Shown here piece after piece: positions 57,970-64,000 of a stretch of DNA of 64,000 bases. The notes under the pieces are model-generated. The model did not search any database. It saw nothing but the letters and a program-made list of their open reading frames with translations, and was not told the DNA's origin. The DNA is taken from assembly GCA_910576795.1 (NCBI GenBank), contig CAJTIX010000005.1, forward strand, positions 6,804-70,803, in the 5' to 3' direction. A program made the position numbers and the translations under genes. Origin of the DNA: an uncultured Bacilli bacterium (GTDB taxonomy: Bacteria > Bacillota_I > Bacilli_A > RF39 > UBA660). The stretch's first letter is position 1, and each line of letters opens with the position of its first letter.

Positions 57970-58143
57970 ATGAATTTTGTACCTAAAAAGACAAAAAAGA
58001 AAATAGTATCAGTATATAAGACTTTATATATAAAGGAAGAGTTAGTAAAACAAATAGAAAAAATTGCAAAAGACAATGATACATCTTTTAATAATGTTAT
58101 TATAAGTATGATAGAGGCTTGTCTTAATGATAATAAAAAATAA
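57970..58143 (+). CDS. ribbon-helix-helix (CopG/Arc-like) protein, 57 aa, absent from the ORF track
   Basis: MNFVPKKTKKKIVSVYKTLYIKEELVKQIEKIAKDNDTSFNNVIISMIEACL shows a beta-strand then helix-helix pattern. RBS GGTGGTGGTGA. Confidence 0.55.
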   Translation: MNFVPKKTKKKIVSVYKTLYIKEELVKQIEKIAKDNDTSFNNVIISMIEACLNDNKK

Positions 58144-58215
58144 TCAAATTTTTATAGAATATTGATATTTTTTTGGAAATATTAAAAAAGCAATTAGCAT
58201 ATAACTAATTGTTTT

Positions 58216-58641
58216 TTAAGATATTCTAATTAAATTACCATCTACTGAATTTACTTTTACGAAACTTAACTCGGGATAATTTGGACTACCAAGTTCATAA
58301 CTGCGTATATATACTTCATTATCTTTTGATAATCTTTCATTTTCCCAATCTTCTTTATATTGTCCAACATAAAATATATTTAGTATCTCTAAATTATAAC
58401 CCTCTATATTTACATCAATAATAAAATAGTAATAAACTATTGAATTATATTTATTTTGACATTCTGCTATAATACTAGAAATCAATTTATTCCTATCTTT
58501 TATTTTACTATCTTCTACATAATCAAGTCCATAAATTTTTCCATTTTCAAAAAAGTCTAACATGTTTGAATTAAGATTAAATTTTTTAGTTAATTCTTTT
58601 ATTCTATAAATTGCCTCGTTTCTTTGTTCTTCTTTTGTCAT
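58216..58641 (-). CDS. hypothetical protein (element cargo)
   Basis: 141 aa from ATG 58641, after a GAGGTG RBS. Confidence 0.5.
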   Translation of the reverse strand: MTKEEQRNEAIYRIKELTKKFNLNSNMLDFFENGKIYGLDYVEDSKIKDRNKLISSIIAECQNKYNSIVYYYFIIDVNIEGYNLEILNIFYVGQYKEDWENERLSKDNEVYIRSYELGSPNYPELSFVKVNSVDGNLIRIS

Positions 58642-58742
58642 ATATAACACCTCACTAATAAATATTATACCATTATTAGGAAAATTAAAAAACGACTTTC
58701 CATCGTTTCTTTAAAATAACATATCAAGACTCTTTATCAAAA

Positions 58743-58779
58743 CTCTTTCTAAAGTAGTAAATTAGTAGTAAAATTACTT
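58743..58779 (+). repeat. right sub-terminal direct repeat with Tn916 DR2-like arm site
   Basis: CTCTTTCTAAAGTAGTAAATTAGTAGTAAAATTACTT. Confidence 0.75.
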
Positions 58780-58843
58780 CTAATTTTCATATTTGCGCCT
58801 TAAAATAAAGGCTTTTTATCAAAAACTAAACTTTTATTATAAA

Positions 58844-59215
58844 ATCAATTTATTACATGAAAAGGGAATTGAAACAACTGTAAGTATTGATTTTCAAGAA
58901 GATCATAATGTACTTCAGTTTTTAAAAGACAGAAACTTAAGAGATTTGACAGCTTGTTTAAGTTGCATGTTTGAATATACAACAGATTTGATGACAAAAG
59001 AAAAAACAGAACGGATGGGACTTCATGTTTATTATGACACACAAAATATTTATTTTGCATTGACACATCCTATTGGAAAAACCAATTTGCATTATATTAA
59101 ACCAAACAATTTAAGTTCTGCTATAAAAGATATGGTGCGTGAAAACTACCACTTAAGTCGAAAAGAAGAAATTATAGATGGAGTCTATACACAGATTTTG
59201 ACTGTCCATATATAG
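58844..59215 (+). pseudogene. AgrC-type histidine kinase, C-terminal (degenerate ATPase domain) fragment
   Basis: INLLHEKGIETTVSIDFQED... aligns by eye with the AgrC segment ILRAQEMNIPISIEI. In frame with codon 286 of the N-terminal fragment. N and G boxes are not recognisable. Confidence 0.55.
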
Positions 59216-59235
59216 TTCTTTTTTTTTGATCTTTT

Positions 59236-59262
59236 TTAGCACTCGATATTGACAAGTGCTAA
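59236..59262. promoter_or_regulatory. CIRCE (HrcA operator) upstream of clpB
   Basis: TTAGCACTC-N9-AAGTGCTAA, one mismatch to the consensus TTAGCACTC-N9-GAGTGCTAA. Confidence 0.75.
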
Positions 59263-59276
59263 AAAAGTGATATAAT
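59249..59276 (+). promoter_or_regulatory. clpB promoter overlapping CIRCE
   Basis: TTGACA-16 nt-TATAAT. Confidence 0.6.
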
Positions 59277-59322
59277 GAATACAATGATGAAGGAATCATC
59301 ATAAGAAAAGGGAGGGATACGA

Positions 59323-61419
59323 ATGAATCAAAATGAGCAAGAAGAAAATGTCCTTGAAAAATATGGGCGTGACATTACAGAAAGTGTAAAACTTGGTAAA
59401 GTAGACCCTGTCATTGGACGTGATGAAGAAGTCAGAAGTATTACAAGAATATTGTCTAGAAAAACGAAAAACAATCCTGTTTTAATAGGAGAACCAGGAG
59501 TTGGAAAAACAGCTATTGTAGAAGGACTTGCAAGTCGTATTATCAAAGGAGATGTTCCAAATAGTTTAAAAGGGAAAACCATTTGGGAACTGGATATGGG
59601 AGCATTGATTGCAGGTGCCAAATATCGTGGAGAATTTGAAGAAAGACTAAAAGCTGTTCTCAAAAGAATCAAAGAAAGTGAAGGCGGAATTATCCTATTT
59701 ATCGATGAAATTCACATGATTGTAGGTAGCGGTGCGGAAGGGGCAATTGATACCAGTAATATGCTAAAACCTATGCTTGCTAGAGGCGAAATCAAAGTCA
59801 TTGGAGCAACTACTTTAAATGAATATCGAAAATACATTGAAAAAGATGGTGCTCTAGAAAGAAGATTTCAACGTGTGCAAGTGGGTCAACCAACTGTACT
59901 AGATACCATTACCATTTTAAGAGGTCTAAAATCAAGATTTGAAGTATTTCATGGAGTGAATATCAAAGACAAAGCCCTAATTGCAGCGGCGACCTTATCA
60001 GACCGTTATATTACAGATCGTTTTTTACCAGATAAAGCGATTGATTTGGTGGATGAGGCATGTGCAACTATTAAAGTACAAATGGATTCTGTTCCAACAG
60101 ATTTAGATGTATTGACACGAGAAATTATGCAGCTAGAAATTGAACTAGAAGCCATCAAAAAAGACAAAGATGAAATATCCAGAGCAAGAGTAGAAGAACT
60201 CAAAGAGAAAATTACAGCTTTAAAGGAAAAAGAATCTAAATTAAGAAGTGATTGGGAAACAGAAAAGAAAATCAATGAACGTATTAGTGCAAAAAAAGAT
60301 GAAATTGAAAAATGTCGTTTCTCTTTAGAACAAGCAGAAAATAACTATGATCTGGAAACAGCCGCAAAACTAAGACATGGAACATTACCAAATTTAGAAA
60401 AGGAATTAGAAGAATTGAAAGCCCAAAATACGTCTCAAATTTTAAGTGATGTGGTAGATGAGGAAGATATTGCGGGCATTATATCCAAATGGACCAATAT
60501 ACCAATTCAAAAATTAGTAGGTGGAGAAAGAGAAAAATTAATTCATTTGGAAGAAAATATGAAAAAACGTGTCAAAGGACAAGAAGAAGCTTTACGACTA
60601 GTGAGTGAAGCAATTATCAGGGCTCGAGCTGGAATCAAAGATCCCAAACGTCCAATTGGTTCTTTTATTTTTCTAGGGCCAACAGGAGTTGGAAAAACAG
60701 AAGTTGCAAAAACACTTGCCTATGAATTATTTGATGACGAACGCCATATGGTCAGAATCGATATGAGTGAATACATGGAAGCACATTCAGTATCTAGACT
60801 GGTGGGGGCTCCTCCTGGATATGTCGGGTATGACGAAGGGGGACAATTGACAGAGGCTGTCAGAAGAAATCCTTATAGCATTGTCTTATTTGATGAAATT
60901 GAAAAAGCACACAGAGATGTATTTAATATTTTATTACAAATCTTGGATGATGGTAGAATTACAGACTCTCAAGGAAGAACGGTTGATTTTAAAAATACCA
61001 TTATCATTATGACCTCAAATTTAGGAAGTAATCATATTTTAGAAAACAATGAAGATAGCGAATCATTGGTCATGAAAGAATTGAAACAGACATTTAAACC
61101 TGAATTTATCAACCGTATTGATGAAATCATCATCTTCAATGCTTTAAGCAAAGAAGTGGTATATGACATTTTAGACCGTATGATAAAAGAAATAGAAGTG
61201 CGTTTACAAGATCAAAAAATTCAAATTGCGTTAACAGAAAAAGCTCGTGATTTTATTATTGAGAATTCTTATGACGAAGTATATGGAGCACGACCTATCA
61301 AGCGATATATCAGCCGCAATTTAGAAACATTGTTAGCTACTTCCATTTTGATGGAACAAATAGGACCTAATGCCAAAGTAATTGTTGATGTAGAAGATGA
61401 AAAACTCGTATTAAAATAA
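59323..61419 (+). CDS. clpB: ATP-dependent chaperone ClpB lacking the N-terminal domain (698 aa)
   Basis: Starts at the equivalent of E. coli residue ~149 ([26 protein letters not shown]). Two AAA+ modules ([18 protein letters not shown]) and a long middle coiled coil. Confidence 0.93.
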   Translation: MNQNEQEENVLEKYGRDITESVKLGKVDPVIGRDEEVRSITRILSRKTKNNPVLIGEPGVGKTAIVEGLASRIIKGDVPNSLKGKTIWELDMGALIAGAKYRGEFEERLKAVLKRIKESEGGIILFIDEIHMIVGSGAEGAIDTSNMLKPMLARGEIKVIGATTLNEYRKYIEKDGALERRFQRVQVGQPTVLDTITILRGLKSRFEVFHGVNIKDKALIAAATLSDRYITDRFLPDKAIDLVDEACATIKVQMDSVPTDLDVLTREIMQLEIELEAIKKDKDEISRARVEELKEKITALKEKESKLRSDWETEKKINERISAKKDEIEKCRFSLEQAENNYDLETAAKLRHGTLPNLEKELEELKAQNTSQILSDVVDEEDIAGIISKWTNIPIQKLVGGEREKLIHLEENMKKRVKGQEEALRLVSEAIIRARAGIKDPKRPIGSFIFLGPTGVGKTEVAKTLAYELFDDERHMVRIDMSEYMEAHSVSRLVGAPPGYVGYDEGGQLTEAVRRNPYSIVLFDEIEKAHRDVFNILLQILDDGRITDSQGRTVDFKNTIIIMTSNLGSNHILENNEDSESLVMKELKQTFKPEFINRIDEIIIFNALSKEVVYDILDRMIKEIEVRLQDQKIQIALTEKARDFIIENSYDEVYGARPIKRYISRNLETLLATSILMEQIGPNAKVIVDVEDEKLVLK

Positions 61420-61421
61420 AG

Positions 61422-61442
61422 AATCCTACTAGGGATTTTTTT
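61422..61442 (+). terminator. terminator after clpB
   Basis: AATCCT-ACTA-GGGATT followed by T7. Confidence 0.55.
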
Positions 61443-61493
61443 CAAAATAGAACCTGAATAACAAACTCGCATACGATACATTAGAGGTGCGTT

Positions 61494-62846
61494 ATGTTAA
61501 GAAGTGATTCAAAAAAAATACAAAAAGGAGATTCCTTTATTGCCATTCGTGGTGAAGGGAAGGATGGTCATCAATATATAGAAGAGGCCATTCGTGCTGG
61601 GGCAACTCAAATTATTGCTGAACATGGTTCCTATGAAGTAAAGACCATTATTGTTCCCGATACCAAAGAATATCTAAAACAATATATAGGTCAGTATCAA
61701 GAACAATTACATGATTTACACATCATTGGAATGACTGGAACCAATGGAAAAACTACAACTTGTTTTCTATTGTATCAGGCACTCAATCAAATTGGAAAAA
61801 AATGTGCGTATATTGGAACTATCGGATTTTATATTGACCAAAAAGTACGAGACTTAAACAATACAACTCCAGGTGTATTAGAATTATATGAGATGCTATT
61901 AGAGGCCAAAAAAGAGGGCTGTACTTTTGTGGTTATGGAAGTGAGTAGTCATGCATTACAACAAGAACGAATTTATGGTTTACAATATGATGTGACTATC
62001 ATTTCTAATATTACAAGAGAACATTTGGACTACCATAAAACAATGGAAGATTATGCTCTTGCCAAACAAAAATTATTTTATCAGTTAAAAGAAGATGGAA
62101 TTGCAATAATTCCAACCACAATTGACTTTTATTCTAAATTTGCCTTACCAAATAATCATAATATTACCTATGGAGAAGAAGGCGACTATCAAATAAAAGA
62201 TATACAATTATATAAAGATAAAAGTATATTTACATTACAACACCAAGGAAAAGAGAAAACATATGAAATGCATTTGATTGGTGAATACAATGTTTACAAT
62301 ATGATCAATGTGATTATTGCGTTAGAACATTTCAATATTCCCAATATAGAAGAAATCATTTTGTCTTTAACTCCACCTACTGGAAGAATGGAACAAATTT
62401 CTTATCAAAATAATTTAGTAATTATTGATTATGCACATACTCCAGATGCTGTTGAAAAGGTATTAAAGTTGGTTCGTCAAATATCCACTCATCACATATA
62501 TGTTGTAATTGGTTGTGGTGGAAATCGTGACAAAGAAAAAAGACCTTTGATGGCAGAAATCGCAACTTCCTTAGCGGATTATGCTATTTTTACCTTAGAT
62601 AACCCAAGATATGAAGATCCCAAAGATATTATTCAAGATATGATCCAAAATTTAAAAACTACCAATTATGAAATTGAACTAGACCGTCGTCTTGCAATTC
62701 AAAAAGGAATGGATCGCTGTGTACAAAATGATATTTTATTGATTCTAGGAAAAGGACATGAAAATTATCAAATTATCAAAGGAGAAAAATTGTTTTTTGA
62801 TGACAGGTTAGAAGTCGATCAATATAAAAAAATCAAAGGAGAATAA
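61494..62846 (+). CDS. murE: UDP-N-acetylmuramoyl-L-alanyl-D-glutamate--2,6-diaminopimelate (or L-lysine) ligase
   Basis: SDSKKIQKGDSFIAIRGEGKDGHQYI, GMTGTNGKTTT and GCGGNRD. The amino-acid specificity motif was not examined. Confidence 0.9.
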   Translation: MLRSDSKKIQKGDSFIAIRGEGKDGHQYIEEAIRAGATQIIAEHGSYEVKTIIVPDTKEYLKQYIGQYQEQLHDLHIIGMTGTNGKTTTCFLLYQALNQIGKKCAYIGTIGFYIDQKVRDLNNTTPGVLELYEMLLEAKKEGCTFVVMEVSSHALQQERIYGLQYDVTIISNITREHLDYHKTMEDYALAKQKLFYQLKEDGIAIIPTTIDFYSKFALPNNHNITYGEEGDYQIKDIQLYKDKSIFTLQHQGKEKTYEMHLIGEYNVYNMINVIIALEHFNIPNIEEIILSLTPPTGRMEQISYQNNLVIIDYAHTPDAVEKVLKLVRQISTHHIYVVIGCGGNRDKEKRPLMAEIATSLADYAIFTLDNPRYEDPKDIIQDMIQNLKTTNYEIELDRRLAIQKGMDRCVQNDILLILGKGHENYQIIKGEKLFFDDRLEVDQYKKIKGE

Positions 62847-62929
62847 AGGGAAAAATTTCCAAAAATTCTTCTTTTATTCTTGCTTGCATGAAAAGAAGTA
62901 TTGTATAATACAAACGTAAGGTGAGGAAA

Positions 62930-64000
62930 ATGAAGAAAAAAATAGGTATTGTCATAATTAGCATTTTGCTAACACTTATTTTAGTAGTACTGGGTTATAT
63001 GGGAATGAAGTATATCCAAAAACAAAAAGCAGATAAAAAATTACTAGAAGATATTAAGTCACACTATAGTGAATATGTAACTTTAGAATCTGCAAATATC
63101 TATTGTAAAAATGAAGACAAATATGAAGTTTGTGGGACAATTGAAAATTCCACTGTAATGCCCCTTAATTCAGAAGAAATTACAACCATTCAAAATCAAT
63201 ATTTTAACATCAAAAATACAAACTATTTTCTTTTTTATACAGATGTTATACCTGCAAATAAAAATGAAGTAACATTTCCTAATTATATTGATTTTAACAA
63301 CAATCTTCATACAAAAGAGGAAACACATTTATACCAAAATGGTACATTAGTAATGTCATTTCATCAAGAGATGGATTTTGTAATCTTTTATCAAGATGCA
63401 GAAAATTATTATGTCAAATATTTAGAACAGATTTTTGCAATTCCAAAAACAGAAAATATAGAAGTAATTGATAATTTAAATACCGAAGAAGTAGTAGCTG
63501 AACAAATTCCTGTTTTATATTTTGACAATATAGAGACTTGGAAAGAAACAGATAATGGGAAAGAACAGATTGCACTTTTAAAAGAACAAGGATTTTATAC
63601 AGTCGCATTATCAGATTATGAAGCTTGGTTTTATGGAAATGTTCGATTAAAAGATAAGGCAATCCTATTGTTGTCACAAAGTGAAGGGATAGTAGAGGAA
63701 TATTCATTTTATAATAAAGCTACTTCATCTATTTCTTTTTCTCCAACGAATTCTGTTTCAAGAGTAAATAGTGCTAATATGTATCAAGTAAAAACAACGA
63801 CAACCAAAGAACAATTTCAAACTATGTTAGCAGGGAATCCGATTATTATCCCAAAACAGGAGCAGAAAGTAGCAGTATTAAACTATCACTTTTTCTATAA
63901 TCCAGATGCTGGAGAAGCTTGTAATGAAAATATTTGTTTGGCAACTAGTAAATTTGAAGAACAACTACAATATTTAAAAAATAATGGTTACTATACATTA
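62930..64000 (+). CDS. membrane-anchored protein, probable polysaccharide deacetylase family (partial, runs off the window)
   Basis: Open frame of 357 codons with no stop and absent from the ORF track. RBS GGTGAGG, TM helix IGIVIISILLTLILVVLGY. VLNYHFF...FEEQLQYLKNNGYYTL resembles the start of NodB-type deacetylase domains. Confidence 0.55.
   Translation, partial: MKKKIGIVIISILLTLILVVLGYMGMKYIQKQKADKKLLEDIKSHYSEYVTLESANIYCKNEDKYEVCGTIENSTVMPLNSEEITTIQNQYFNIKNTNYFLFYTDVIPANKNEVTFPNYIDFNNNLHTKEETHLYQNGTLVMSFHQEMDFVIFYQDAENYYVKYLEQIFAIPKTENIEVIDNLNTEEVVAEQIPVLYFDNIETWKETDNGKEQIALLKEQGFYTVALSDYEAWFYGNVRLKDKAILLLSQSEGIVEEYSFYNKATSSISFSPTNSVSRVNSANMYQVKTTTTKEQFQTMLAGNPIIIPKQEQKVAVLNYHFFYNPDAGEACNENICLATSKFEEQLQYLKNNGYYTL

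Larger units (their letters stand above)
50363..58843. mobile_element. ~8.5-kb integrative (probably mobilizable) element, Tn916-type Int/Xis plus CRESS-type Rep plus FtsK-like translocase
   Basis: Splits the histidine kinase ORF. Imperfect terminal inverted repeat TAGTTTTTTGA (50370-50380) / TCAAAAACTA (58819-58828). Sub-terminal 37-nt direct repeats. Boundaries are good to about 10 bp. Confidence 0.8.

Noticed and set aside
59323-61419. clpB as a 5'-truncated pseudogene.
   Set aside because: It has its own promoter, CIRCE operator, RBS (GGGAGGG) and an intact 698-aa frame. N-domain-less ClpB is a known natural form.
63414-63707. A 97-aa minus-strand ORF from the track.
   Set aside because: It lies antisense within a 357-codon open plus-strand frame (62930 to the window end) that has an RBS, a TM anchor and a deacetylase-like motif.

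Overview
Strongly AT-rich Bacillota chromosome segment. sspI, spoVD and sigH point to a spore-former, and the N-domain-less, CIRCE-controlled clpB suggests an Erysipelotrichia/Clostridia-like lineage (inference). No rRNA, tRNA or CRISPR array was seen. The backbone is housekeeping: rnc, lemA-DUF2207, rnhB, a DHH/NUDIX/MBL trio, a fragmented dcw cluster (mraZ-rsmH-ftsL-pbpB ... spoVD-mraY-ftsW), pepF, fhs, rbgA-mrnC-rlmB-sigH, clpB and murE. Three accessory regions stand out. (1) A 13.7-kb surface-protein island splits pbpB from spoVD. It carries a prepilin-like protein, signal peptidase I, a FIVAR-repeat protein and a 2631-aa giant Ig-repeat protein. (2) A 39.75-45.9 kb islet holds two RhuM paralogs, a KilA-N protein, a frameshifted HAD gene, and a C15-peptidase-like / PP-loop ATPase / TudS-like trio. 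A recurring junction motif and two paralogous 35-codon ORFs punctuate it. (3) An ~8.5-kb integrative element (about 50363-58843) is inserted in frame inside an AgrC-type histidine kinase gene. It combines Tn916-type Int/Xis and DR2-like arm sites with a CRESS-virus-type HUH+SF3 Rep, an FtsK-like translocase and no T4SS. Its putative origin is a stem-loop displaying the circovirus nonanucleotide TAGTATTAC next to three heptamer iterons. Also notable are a four-box phased GTGG MraZ operator and a LytTR response regulator fused to an IS3 OrfA-like tail. All family calls rest on motif recognition by eye, not on searches.
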